From assembly GCA_951406725.2 (NCBI GenBank), contig OX597826.1, positions 12,586,001 to 12,650,000 of the forward strand: DNA of 64,000 nucleotides. Reading direction: 5' to 3'. Every line of letters begins with the position of its first letter. Position 1 is the stretch's first letter. The notes under the pieces were generated by a model. It made no database searches. It saw only the letters and a program-made list of their open reading frames with translations, and was not told where the DNA came from. Of this stretch, positions 27,213 through 41,090 are shown one piece after another. This stretch comes from Octopus vulgaris. Lineage: Eukaryota. Made by a program: the position numbers and the translations under genes.

Positions 27213-27262
<50 letters not shown>

Positions 27263-27266
<4 letters not shown>

Positions 27267-27515
27267 GGGTTGGGCAAAATAATGGAGATGCCTTAAAATT
27301 TCAAACAAATTTATTTTAATACGGCGTAGGACCGCCTTTGGCAGTAATTACACCTTGAATTCCACAAGGTATGAACTCGTACAAAGTTTGAATTGTTTCC
27401 AACGGAATTTTTGCCCATTCTTCAGCTAAAACAGTTTCCAGTTCTTGTAGTGATGATGGTGGGAGATATCGACTCCTCACTTGTTTTATTAAAATGCACC
27501 ATCAATTTTCAATTG
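27263..27515 (-). mobile_element. Tc1-like transposon 3' end with TIR
   Basis: IEN*WCILIKQVRSRYLPPSSLQELETVLAEEWAKIPLETIQTLYEFIPCGIQGVITAKGGPTPY*. TIR-like TA|CATGGGTTGGGCAAAATAATGG. Confidence 0.85.
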
Positions 27516-27564
27516 ACTGTTGCTAAAGTTTTGGGCAATGTTTAGGAGCACATATATTATGAGA

Positions 27565-28305
27565 TCATTGACAGTCGGTACCGTCTACCCACAGGCTTTC
27601 TACAATTACGCTCGACTTTGGATGATGATAGCTCCAAGAAAATTGGATATTTTTTAATGAAATTTTCTACATATATGTGTAATATCATATAGATTCCGAA
27701 TATACACTTCTATATTTAACTGTGCATGTATATTCCTAATTTCTGCATCTGGTATCTTCTGCCTTTCTATTAGAACTGTTTACCTGGGAATTTATTTAAA
27801 GTGAAAAAAAAAACCATATGCAACAGATAAGTCGTCTTAATAACATATATCTGTATACCAGACATTTAGCTGTTATTTTTAGCATGAGTTTTCTGGTGAG
27901 GATTTCATTGCCCGTTGCTTCAGTAGAAATGTAGGGATGCACAAACGCACAAAACAGAAAAGAAACATCCCCGAATGGGGAACAGTTCACAAAAATAACC
28001 CCCGCCTCCAATTTCTATATGCCCGGAATGTACATAGTCCGAGGTATATTTGTAGATAATTTCATTTAAAAATATCCATTTTCCTAAAAGATAAGCAAAC
28101 TGAAGTGGATTTCGATGAAATTTCCGAAAATCCACCCCTATCTCTCCTAAAATACTTTCTCACTAAAATGTTCTATATTCGGAATCTACATGATATAACA
28201 CATATTCGTAGAAAATGTTATTAAAAAATATTCATTTTTCTGAAAGTTATCATCATCCAAGGTCGGAGTGGGGACAGAAATCTGTGGTTATGCCCTGTTG
28301 ACAAT
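27565..28305. mobile_element. Non-autonomous DNA element with ~130-bp imperfect inverted repeats and a subterminal direct repeat
   Basis: 27616-27710 is the reverse complement of 28167-28262. 28022-28095 resembles 28180-28250. Confidence 0.65.
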
Positions 28306-28629
28306 TAAATGAGATATCCGTATGAGTGTTTTTTTTTTCTTCTTTCTCACAGACACACACTCCCGTAGGTATATATCTTACACAAATAGAAAGCCGGAGA
28401 AGAATATAAAAAATGAAAGTAACTTTCGAAATTATTTTTTATCTGAAATCCTCACAACTGTAATGATGTTTACATAATTGTGTATGTAAATAGCTGTGTT
28501 AATAAGTCGATTTGTGCCAACAATAATCACATGGGATTTAAATGTGAAATATCAAATCTTAATAAGGCGACTTCTTCCAAAAATGTCCGAAATATGTATT
28601 GGAACATAAATATACAATACACAGTACTT

Positions 28630-29674
28630 CATTTAATTAATTGAGAAGATGGCATCTAAATGCTTTCCTAGTTCCTTGATGCTTTTCAACATTGCTTTCT
28701 GCAATATGTCACAATAAAGCTTCGAATCCATTGTTTTCTCAATAAATGTAAGTCCTTCCAAAGAAGTCACACTCATGCATCCCCAAAACATAACACGCTG
28801 CCGTGTTTCATGGTAGACTTGGTGCATTTATCGCTATTATCTTACCCAAGTCGTCGCCATACTCGTTTGATACCATCTGACCCAAACAAGTTGATTTTAG
28901 TCCTATGAGAAAAAAGAATTTTATTCCAAAATTCCTTTCCCTTACTCACATAGGTTTCGGGAAAAAACAAAGATAACTTGATTTTTACCTGGTAGTGAAA
29001 AGAGGCTTCCTACGAGGAATGCGTCCATGAAGACTACACTGGTTCAAACTTCGGTGAACAGTTTGGACGGATACACACTTTCCACTAACAGATGACATTT
29101 TTAGGGTCAAAGAAGAAGCGGTATGACACCGCCCAGTAGCTTTGTGCTTCTGAATTAATTTGGCAACTATGTTTACGCTAATATGTATTTGTTTGCTAAT
29201 TAACTTGTATCCTACGCCATTTTTGTGCAAATTAAAAATAATTTTCTTCAAATTTCTACACAATTCATTTCCTTTTGGAGCCATTTTTATCATAGTGAAG
29301 TGGATTTTCACCACGGGCCACAAATCAGAATTCCTGCAGTTGCAATAACAATGATCGGTGCAAAGATTCCAGGAGAAATAATTCATTAGAACTGAAATTA
29401 TCTGAATTTAGTAAAAAAATAAAAATATGCATAAAATATTTAATATAGTAAATTTCCTATAGGGTGTACGTATCTTTGTAACGTTTGAAAATTAATATTT
29501 CGTTTGTATTTTTGAAAATTTTTGTTTTGTGTTCCAAATTTGTATAATGTTTGCATGTATAATTGCATAATATATTTTATTTAGTATATATTTCATTTGA
29601 TTTCCTTCGATATTATCAGTGTAATAGCAATCTTACTGAAATGTTTTAGGGGTGTACATACTTTAGTGCGATAG
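28630..29674 (-). mobile_element. Tc1-like transposon, 3'-truncated and internally deleted, with IR-DR-type left end
   Basis: MAPKGNELCRNLKKIIFNLHKNGVGYKLISK (HTH), HGRIPRRKPL, KINLFGSDG..VWRR and VMFWGCMS. GGGTGTAC motifs lie at about 29462 and 29649. Confidence 0.9.
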
Positions 29675-30024
29675 TATATATATATATATATATATATACA
29701 AAGACGCATATGTGTACATATGAAGTGTATGTATATACACGATGCTCTAAATTATCTTTATAATTTCCACAATTTGCTGTATTTTATCGTCTTGATGTGT
29801 TGCGTGCAACCGTTGGAGGCCACGGAGAAGTGTTATGATGTTTCTAACAAAACTTTGTTTGCCAAAAACAAAACAAAACAAAAAAACAACTCCGCATAAT
29901 TATCTTTATTCTTTATTTTTTTCTTTTAGAATTTTTCAGTTGTAAAGCTAAATTATGGACACTCTTTATACGCATGCTTTTCAGTCAACACATACATGGC
30001 GATGGCACTAAGAAGGTCGCTTAC

Positions 30025-30150
30025 CAAGCATAAAGTCCCATAGCCCTTATGATCCGCATCTTCTGCGTTATGTGCCGGTTCAAGATGGAGTTTGTTAGGA
30101 AGCCTTCTGTATTCTGATACACTGTGTAAGAAATATTCGGATCTGGACTC
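30025..30150 (-). other. Candidate 126-nt exon of an unidentified host transcript
   Basis: Unique sequence bounded by aaacag| and |gtaagc. Length is divisible by 3 and two frames are open, e.g. ESRSEYFLHSVSEYRRLPNKLHLEPAHNAEDADHKGYGTLCL. No family recognised. Confidence 0.3.
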
Positions 30151-30997
30151 CTGTTTAAGCTCGGAAATTCAAACCCATATAATATGAATCCATATATACA
30201 CGTATATGTCTCCCTCTGTGTGTGTGCGCGTGTGTGTGTGTCTACATCTGCGCACGCGAATGTGTGTATGTATGTGTGTGAATGTGTGTGTTTTTCTTGT
30301 GAGTGTGTGTGTGTGATTTTCTTGCACATACAAGTGACATCACGCGCTTACATGAATGTGTGTATGTGTGTGTAGATGTTACAAATTATTGGTGAAGAGT
30401 AAAGAAGATTAACAGAAGTTTAACATATAAATATACAAATTTTTGAAAGATAGGTGAGAAATAAGAATGACTCAAAAGAAAAAAAGGAAAGAAAAAAAAA
30501 CGATGACTGCAGGGAAATGATGTCGGATAAAAAAGCAGCTGACAAACATACGCGCACATCTAAGTGCAAATGTACTAATGAAACAAATTTTTTATATAAC
30601 AATTATATACTTTTTTTCACTGCATTTTTTTTTTTTTTGAAGAAAGAGGCTGGGCTCATTGTCAGTGAAAACTATTTGTGAAACAGTCAATATTCCTTTT
30701 GAATTGTTGCTAATTATTGAAGACAGTACCACATGTTGTAGTTAGTATGGGCTCAGATAACAAGAAATAAACAATGCGTGTGACAAGTGGAGGAGAATAG
30801 ACTGAGCTGGGATTATCTACGTGAGACGACGACACGCAAATGTTTAGTTGAGTGGAACAGGGACCGCAGTAGTAGCAGTAGACAGGCAAATAGATGATAC
30901 ATTATGTGTCGTTAACTGATTGCCATGAAATTGCCTACTGACATTATGCCAATTATTTATACATACATCATACATACATACATACATATATATATAT

Positions 30998-31055
<58 letters not shown>

Positions 31056-31090
31056 TACATACATACATACATATACATATATACATATAC

Positions 31091-31123
<33 letters not shown>

Positions 31124-31137
31124 TATATATATATACA

Positions 31138-31168
<31 letters not shown>

Positions 31169-31189
31169 GTATATATATATATTATATGT

Positions 31190-31290
31190 GTTAGAATGGC
31201 CGATTGGTCTAAGGCACCAGGTACCTTAACCTGAAGATTGTGTATTCTGACCCACGACTGTGGGCGTAGGTTCGAATCCCACTTCTGACA
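31190..31290 (+). pseudogene. tRNA-Leu(CAA)-type pseudogene lacking the anticodon, with an intron-like insert retained
   Basis: Acceptor GTTAGAA/TTCTGAC+A, D arm GCCGATTGGTCTAAGGC, variable arm CCCAC-GACT-GTGGG and T loop GGTTCGAATCC. The expected ACTCAAG after CCAG is absent. Confidence 0.85.
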
Positions 31291-31380
31291 GATAACGTAT
31301 ATTTCTAATGGCGGTACCCCAGCATGGCCACACCTCGTGAGCTGAAACTAGATGAAAATGAAAATGAAAAAAAAATGAAT

Positions 31381-31926
<546 letters not shown>

Positions 31927-32026
31927 TATATATAAATCAAAAACAAAAGAAATATAAAAGCCACAGAAAGTTTGTATAATAAAATTTATGATGATATTAG
32001 GATCATATTACATCATTACAAGTTAA

Positions 32027-32065
32027 ATAAGTACCGGTTTCACGATTAAACGATTTTCAACTTAC
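32027..32065 (-). ncRNA. Hammerhead-like motif, U3-A8 variant, sense to the PLE
   Basis: Reverse complement GTAAG-TTGAAAA-TCGTTTAATCGT-GAA-ACCGGT-A-CTTAT. Confidence 0.6.
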
Positions 32066-33546
32066 ATCGAGAAAGCTTTTTTGCTGTCAATAGGACGCCA
32101 TCTTTGAAAAAAGCGAACAGAGATGAAGCAATATGTCAAGGGGAGCAACTCTTATTTATTCATGAAGCTCTTCAGTGATTTGGCAAGCATACAATCATTT
32201 CATTTTAGCCACAGCTAATTATATTATCGTACAAGGTTTATAGATTCAGCAGTAATGTGTGAATGAGTGTATATGCATATATCTTATGCTCTAACATCTC
32301 ATTTTCTCTCTTGTAACATATATATATATATATATATACATATATATATACTTACATATAAGTATGAACAGTAATTTATACCTAAAAATTGGGGTTAGCA
32401 TACATATATAACTTTTTTGTATATGTTGAAATTCCATAATTGAATAAAATATATCAGTCTAATGGAAAATGAACGACTAAGCAATTGCCAATATATGAAT
32501 ACTTTCTCCGTAAGAGTCATGTCAGACCTCTCATAACACAGCTTTGAATATGAATGGGTGTCCGGGGGTCAAGTAATTAAGTGACAATTAGTAATACAAT
32601 TAAAATGAATTGGTGTTAAGTTCAGGTTTGTATTTTGGGGTGAAATATGTCTCTTTATTGAGTTGGGCTTGTGCAGAAGTCCAGTCAGCAAATTTATATA
32701 GAGGGAAAATAATGAATTTAGATTGTATTTATTTCATACATACGTCGATATGTTTATTGAGATAAATTTGGCGGTATTGTGGTGAGACTAACTGTTGACG
32801 ATGCACCGTACAACGTTGACGGATAGAATTCCCCCACGCTACCGATATAGTCTTTCTGGCAGCCCGAGCATCTGATTATGTAGATCAGATTTTCGGATGC
32901 ACAAATAAAATTTGATTTAATTGTAAAGTGTTGCCCTTGTTTAAAATAGTATTCTGACCCTTCCAAAAGGTTGGGCATGGACCACAGTTGGGAAGATTAC
33001 ATTTTTTTTTTTTTGCTTTGGGGCATGTTGTGGAGGGGAATAATTTTGCATTAGTTAGCAGTTTCTTTAATGACTTAGGTTGTTTGTTGCTTTTGACAAT
33101 TTTAATGTCACGTAAAATTCTTTTTCGTTTTGGGTCCTTGTGTAGTATTGGTAGGGTTTGTGCTGAATGCTTCTTTGTTTCTGGGGTTGTATGTGGAAAT
33201 GTAGGGTAGTGTTTTAAGGAGAGGTTTGTTAAAGTCTTTGGTTTTTCTGAATGTTTCGTTGTTCATAGATTTGGCAGTTTTATTCCTTCATTAATAAGTT
33301 GGATTGGGTAGTGTCTATCCAGGAGGACGTTTTTCAGTTCTTGTAGTCTTAAATCTCTAAGTTGTTTTTTTCTCTCTGAGTGCGGACAATAGTGCGGATT
33401 CTTCTTGCAAGGTTGAAGGGGATGTTTGTTTTTGTGTGTCTAGGACGGCAAGAGCTAAAGAGAAAGTATTGTTTTACATCTGTTGTTTTATAAAATATGT
33501 ATTTAGATTTCGTTGTTTTTTTTAATAATAAAAATGTTTTCTCTAT

Positions 33547-33584
33547 ATAAGTTGACAATCGTTGATCGTGAAACCGGTACTTAT
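33547..33584 (+). ncRNA. Hammerhead-like motif, U3-A8 variant, in the inverted pLTR
   Basis: ATAAG-TTGACAA-TCGTTGATCGT-GAA-ACCGGT-A-CTTAT, with 5-bp stem I, palindromic ACCGGT and a GUA triplet. Confidence 0.6.
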
Positions 33585-33692
33585 TTGATTTGTAATCATG
33601 AAATGATGTAATATGATCCTAATATCACCAGATGCTTTATTATACAAACTTTCTGTGACCCACGTGAATACAGAACTTTCCATTCTTCACTA

Positions 33693-33739
<47 letters not shown>

Positions 33740-34064
33740 ATGTGTGTGCGCGCGTGTATATATGCTTATATGTATGTATGTATACCATATACAAAATCGT
33801 ATCAAAAAAAATCGTATTAAAAAAAATTCATTTAGAGGAGAAATAACAGCGCACAGAAACTAAACATGATTTGAATTGAATGATAATGCCTGACAGACTC
33901 AGATACATTTGATCGACCGCATATGCTCAGTAGAAAACTCGCTGGCGCTTCTAAATAACAACGATAATAAGGTTTATTTATAAACATAATATTTCACAAG
34001 TTACATTCAACCTCCTACACATAGTAATATATATATATATACATACATATATATATATATATAT

Positions 34065-34188
<124 letters not shown>

Positions 34189-34982
34189 GTATATATATGT
34201 ACACAGATATGTACATATACTTATAGATTTATGCACACATACACACACATATACGTATGCTTGTATGTACGTATTATGTGTGTGAGTGGGTATTCCTATC
34301 ACCAGGTCATGCCTTGATATCTTCAAGCTAAATGAAGTTTACTAGAGAAGTATAAAGGATAGGCAAGACTTTGATAAATAGTTTCACACAGTGAACAAGA
34401 AGGAAGTTCATGTTCTTTACGTAGCAGCAAACATTAACCTTACAGTTAGAAGTAAGTATGAGACAACGATGAAAGCCAGAACTACAGCTCTGACAGACTA
34501 AACAAAAATGTTTATGTAAAACAAAATACAAAGGAATAGGTTCCGTAGAATTAATAACAGTTAGCAGAACGCTATCAGCATAAACATAACATTCACACTG
34601 ACGAATGATTGGTTAAAATTAATTATTTATAGAAAAAGTAATAACAAAATATATGAAGGAGCTAATTATTTAGAATCAGCGACATTAAGCAAATTGACAA
34701 TCAATATCAATAAAACTAATGTAAATACACCTTTTACATAGAGCTATATATTTTATTAATATATGTTTATATGCGTGTACGTCTAAATACGTGTTGGGGT
34801 AGTCTGTGAGTGGATGGTTGTAATTATATATGCCGCTGATTGATGTCAGTTTTCAGTTATATAATTATTTAATCCGTGTCTATTTATGAAATAAGGAACT
34901 TAATATCTATGGGCATTTCCAATTTGTAATGAATTTGATCTACACAGAGCTGTGGATCAGTTGATCTATGTATCTATCTATG

Positions 34983-35083
<101 letters not shown>

Positions 35084-35112
35084 GTCTGTCTGTCTGTCTG
35101 TCTTTCTGTCTG

Positions 35113-35225
<113 letters not shown>

Positions 35226-35234
35226 ACCTGATAT

Positions 35235-35565
35235 AGGCGCGGGAGTAGCTGTGTGGTAAATAGCTTACTTACCAACCACATGGTACCAGGTTCAGTACCA
35301 TTGCGTGGTACCTTAGGCAAGTGTCTTCTACTATAGTGTGTGTGTGCGTGTGTATGTTTATGTGTCTCTGTTTGTCCCACCGATATCGCTTGAGAAACGA
35401 TGCTGGTGCGCTTGCGTCCCCGTAAGCTAACTGTTCGGCTTAAGAGACCGATAGAATAAGTACTAGATTTATAAATAATAAGTCCTGGGGTCGATTTGCT
35501 CGACTAAAGGCGATACTCCGGCATGGCCACAGTCAAATGACTGAAACAAGTAAAAGAATACAAGA

Positions 35566-35568
<3 letters not shown>
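35235..35568 (+). mobile_element. SINE family C, internally deleted; extra tail fragment at 35690-35860
   Basis: Head, core and tail match the 31381 copy. Confidence 0.85.
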
Positions 35569-35625
<57 letters not shown>

Positions 35626-36951
35626 CACGCATACATATATATGTATAGAGATAGATAGATATATCTATGCATTTCTTCCCCCACGCCTCTTCGCAACCTG
35701 TGTTGGTTTGTTTACATCTCCCGTAATTCATCGTTTCCACAAAAGAACCCGATAGAATAATTACCAAACTTTAAAAATAAGTACGATTTATTTGTTCAAT
35801 TAAGCCCTTAAATGTGGTGCCTCAGAATGGCTGCAGTCCAATGACTGTAGCAAAGCAACGATAAATGTGAATGACTGGAATTAATCTTGGCTCACTCTGT
35901 GCCTTCCCCATGTGTTTTGTGTCGACTCTATTAGATACAGACATTCTTTGGTGAAAACCTAACCGTCATCTACTTCATTCAAACCATTTTACGATAACCA
36001 ATTTATAGTATTGTACGACTTTGACTTACATAACATTATTGCCGTTGTCAACATTGTTTTTATTGGTGTTTATACTCAAGCAAGACTGTGATTAAAAGTC
36101 TTCCAGACGGACCATCTTCACTGTTGCTTATTTTAGAGCACACATTATGCAACGTGTTCTTCACTTTTTAAGACAGTAATCTGTGTTGAGAGAGAATTGG
36201 ACAGCTATATTTAGTGGTTTCTTTAGCGCAGTCACTGGGCAATTAAATCAAGTATATTGATGGTTAACCAAAGTCTGAACGTTAAATAAATATTTATATT
36301 TCAACAAACAGAAGCGTGCTGATATAAAGAGTAATATGAAAGAAGATAAAAGAAAAACTAGACGGAAAACACAGAAGAACCGATTAAATTCTGAACACCT
36401 GGCGTTCATATTTTTGCCCTCTATCATAAACTCTGCAGCCGCACGCTTCGCGTTGTTTCAATGTAAACAGCCATTTGACGTTCAGTCATATATTAACCAC
36501 CAATTTATTCCCGTTTTCTTTTTATCTGTTGCCGTTGGCAGAAGATATTTAAACGACACGTCTTTGACAGTGAATAGTAGAGAAACATAGCTGCAAAGCA
36601 GAAACGAATTTTTCTCATGTGGGTGGTAAATCTTATATTATTTATTCGCATCAAATTGTTCATTCATTTACTCGACATGTTTTATCTCGTAGCTATCATA
36701 CATGTTTGAGTGGAAACATCACAACTCAGTGAGCTAAGATGCTGGAGAAAATTCAAAGAAATACTTTAGAATAGTGTGTCGATATAACTACCTCAATAAA
36801 AAAGCAAATAGATAGTCTATCTATCAATCTAACTATCATCTATTATCTATATATGAACATTTAATGTGGTTTTAGAGTCAAGTTTTGACTGCTATTTCCG
36901 GAGTGGTGGTATCTCTTAGATACCCTAAATTATAATTTAAAATAATATCTG

Positions 36952-37015
<64 letters not shown>

Positions 37016-37319
37016 TGTGTGTGTGTCTGTGTGTGTATGTATGTATGTATATATATATATATATATATACACGCCTATATATATATATACGTACAAATAT
37101 ATATGCATATTTATTCATATACGTATATATATATATATATAGGTGTCTGTGTATATATATATACATATGTGTGTGTGTGTAAATATATATATGTGTATGT
37201 GTCTGTGTGTGTGTGTGTTAATACACGCGCAAACATACACACACATACACACGCATATATATAAGGCGGTAAGGTATATGTACATGTATGTAACAAAGTA
37301 ACTAGTGATTGGAACCTGA

Positions 37320-37683
37320 AGGCAAGATTAACAGAAGCCACAAAAGTGACGGAAGGTGCTAGAATAAGAGTTAAATTTACTCTAAAGCCACCAAAGCATC
37401 ATACTTAAATAGCCGTATTGCGATTTCAAAAATATTGACAAAGGAATTTGAAATTAAACCTGAATTTAAACCTAAGTGTTAAGAGCCACTGATGAGAATG
37501 AAGTTGGTCTACAAAAAAATGTCAAATCGCGATACGGCTATATACGCCAGGGACTAACCTTCCTTCGTCAGTCATGAAGTATAGCGCTTTAGTGACTTAA
37601 GAGGTAATTTAACTCTTATTTTAGCATAAGCGATGCTAGTCAGCGCCCTCCGTCACTTTTGTGACCTCTATTAATTTTGCCTG
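37320..37683. mobile_element. MITE with long imperfect TIRs
   Basis: AGGCAAGATTAACAGAAGCCACAAAAGTGACGGA versus TCCGTCACTTTTGTGACCTCTATTAATTTTGCCTG|TA. Complementarity continues inward for about 100 bp. Confidence 0.8.
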
Positions 37684-37744
37684 TATATATATATGTATAT
37701 ATATATATGTATATATGTATGTGTATGTATATATGTTCCTTTAT

Positions 37745-38136
37745 TTTTTTACTTGTTTCAGTCATTTGACTGAGGCCATGCTGGAGCACCGCCATTAGTC
37801 GAACATATCGACCCTAGGACTTATTCTTTGTAAGCCTATTACTTATTCTCTCAGGCTCCTTTTTGCCGAACCGCTACAATATCAGTTGTCAAGTATGATG
37901 GGGGTGACAAACACAGACACTCAAACATATACATACGCATATATATATATAAATATATATATATACATACATAGGACGGGCTTCTTTCAGTTTCCGTCTA
38001 CCAAATCTACTCACAAGGCTTTGGACGGCTCAAGGCTATAGTAAAAGACATTTGTCCAGGTGCCACGTAGTGGGACTTAACCTGGAACCATGTGGTTGGT
38101 ATGCAAGTTACTTACCCCACAGCTATCCCTACGCCT
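37745..38136 (-). mobile_element. SINE family C
   Basis: Reverse-complement match to the family. Confidence 0.85.
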
Positions 38137-38139
38137 ATA

Positions 38140-38176
<37 letters not shown>

Positions 38177-38284
38177 GTGTATGTGTGTATGTATGTATGT
38201 ATGTATGTATGTATATATATACATATAGATAGGAAAAAAGCAACAAGAATGGATTAAAATCTCGGTACAATCGTTTCATATATG

Positions 38285-38370
<86 letters not shown>

Positions 38371-38420
38371 TAGATAGATAGATAGATATATATATATATA
38401 TCCATACATTTATACATATA

Positions 38421-38487
<67 letters not shown>

Positions 38488-38514
38488 TTATATATATATA
38501 TATATATATATATG

Positions 38515-38612
<98 letters not shown>

Positions 38613-38892
38613 ATTTGAAGGTATGCTTTTTAATGTCTTAATTCCTCTGGTGCCTTCCGGCAGTTGAATTACTGCTTTAGCTCTTATTTCTAAACAGGCT
38701 GATTCTTTCCCGCATCCTCATGCTCCGTGCTAATTTCAAATTCTATAGCTACATAATGCTATTAAACCTGTGAACCGCCCATGTTACTGGTGTTGATATT
38801 ATCAATTAGAAATATTCAACGCAGATGATATTGACAATAGTGACATTTTAATCCGAACGTAAGCATTCGAATATTTTGCTCTTATATATATA

Positions 38893-39324
38893 CCGCAGGA
38901 GTGGCTGTGTGATAAGTAGCTTGTCTCCCAACCGCATGGTACCGGGTTCAGTCCCACTGCGGGGCACCTTCGGTAAGTGTCTTCTACTATAGTCTCGGGC
39001 CGACCAAAGCCTTGTGAGTGGATTTGGTAGACGGAAACTGAAAGAAGCCCGTCGTATATATGTATATATATATTTATATATATTTATATGTATGTATGTG
39101 TGTGTGTCTGTGTGTCTGTGTTTGTCCCCCTAGCATTGCTTGACAACCGATGCTGGTGTGTTTATGTCCCCGTTAATTAGCGGTTCGGCAAAAGAGACGG
39201 ATAGAATAAGTACTGGGCTTACAAAAAGAATAAGTCCCTGGGTCGATTTGCTCGACTAAAGGTGGTGCTCCAGCATGGCTGCAGTCAAATGACTGAAACA
39301 AGTAAAAGAGTAAAAAAAAAGAGT
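38893..39324 (+). mobile_element. SINE family C
   Basis: Full-length match to the family. Confidence 0.9.
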
Positions 39325-39889
39325 ATGATGGTCTATAATATAAGATATTTATCTGTTGAAGGTGCCGTGCATTGAGACTGATACCGAACTAGAGGCTTGC
39401 AACACTGCCCTCTTAATTATACAAGATTTTAATTATACTGTCATGCCCGCACCACCAGCAACTCGAAGAGTCGTATTTTCATTCATTATTTATAGTTGCA
39501 ACTGATCTGATGAATAAATAACTCATGCGTTTATAATACCTTGTTACAGTACTATACCATATTACAGAATATATGCACACATTTTAACAAACGCTGTGTA
39601 TATAGAATGCCTTCGCTAATCTCTGTCTTTGTGAATAATTTAAGTGTTAATCGGTCGCTGATGAAATCCGTGGAAAAGATTGTAATTAATCCAGCTGGTT
39701 CATATTTTTCTTCCCGGGAAGATATTTATTGCTAAGGCAGGTGTTTACACACGTCTGCTCATACAGAGTCGGCTAAAATCATCCCGCCCTCTCTCCTTAT
39801 CCCTCCGTCTCTCTCGATTTATATATATATATATATACACACACATATACTGGTGCATGTTCGTAGTTGTATACACGCGGGAGCACCTG

Positions 39890-39938
<49 letters not shown>

Positions 39939-39993
39939 ACACACAACATACACACACATACATAGACAAGTACACATACATATACATACACAC

Positions 39994-40031
<38 letters not shown>

Positions 40032-40034
<3 letters not shown>

Positions 40035-40193
40035 CGCAGGAGTGGCTGTGTGGTAAGTAGCTTGCTAACCAACCACATGGTTGCGGGTTCAGTCCCACTG
40101 CGTGGCATCTTGGGCGAGTGTCTTCTGCTATAGCCCCGGGCCGACTAATGCATTGTGAGTGGATTTGGTAGACGGAAACTGAAAGAAGCCTGT

Positions 40194-40242
<49 letters not shown>

Positions 40243-40449
40243 ATGATTGTGTGTCTGTATTTATCCCCCTAGCATTGCTTGACAACCGATGCTGGTGTGT
40301 TTACGTCCCCGTCACTTAGCGGTTCGGCAAAAGAGACCGATAGAATAAGTACTGGGCTTACAAAGAATAAGTCCCGGGGTCGATTTGCTCGACTAAAGGC
40401 AGTGCTCCAGCATGGCCGAAGTCAAATGACTGAAACAAGTAAAAGAGTA
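40032..40449 (+). mobile_element. SINE family C
   Basis: Full-length match to the family. Confidence 0.9.
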
Positions 40450-41090
40450 TAAGTTCAGCAAAATTTAGATTCAGGTGAATCTGGTACTTAAGTTAAAGGC
40501 ACCAGAATTTTGTATGGTATTATCCATTTAAATCAAATGAGGTGATTATAATCAAAATAAGCAACAAGGATATCGAAGGTAGTGTAGTACAATCGTTTCA
40601 TGCTACTTCATTTTATTAAACACTGTAAGTATTACATCAGTTTTAAAATGTCGAGCAATCTTCAGCCACATATAGAATTTTTTTGATTAAACGGACAATG
40701 CCCATTTTTATACTTATTTCATTTGCCAATATTACAAAGAGGGTAGATATTATAGACAGTGAGGTGAATTTCGTCATTTAGAACATGGTGGTAGTATGTA
40801 GATTTTATATATACATATATATATATATTCTTATATGCAGTGGAGGCGCGTGATTTAGTGGTTATGTTGTTTGAGGCGTGATCGAAAAACTGTGGCTTCG
40901 CTTCCTGGATTGGGTGCTGCATTGTATTCTTGAGTAAAACAGTTCACTTCACGTTGCTCCCCTCCACTCAGTTGGCTAGAAAACTGAGTATTACCGCAAC
41001 GGAAGAGCGCTCTGCACAGGGGAGAACATATGTCACAGAAACCGGGAAACCGGCCCTGTTAGTTTGTATAAGTCGGGAAGATATATTATT

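Larger units (their letters stand above)
31962..33658 (-). mobile_element. 5'-truncated Penelope-like retroelement with an inverted pLTR copy at its 5' end
   Basis: IFYKTTDVKQYFLFSSCRPRHTKTNIPFNLARRIRTIV (RT C-terminus) and SNFICASENLIYIIRCSGCQKDYIG (GIY-YIG). 31962-32074 is an inverted repeat of 33537-33658. Confidence 0.92.

Noticed and set aside
31219-31234. Alternative hairpin CAGGT-ACCTTA-ACCTG suggesting a TTA suppressor tRNA
   Set aside because: The loop is 6 nt and leaves about 20 extra nt before the variable arm. Anticodon deletion in a pseudogene is simpler.
40580-40625. Degenerate minus-strand hammerhead-like remnants (also about 38265, 11285 and 1175)
   Set aside because: A GAAAC..GT half is present but the core or stem I is too decayed to support a call.
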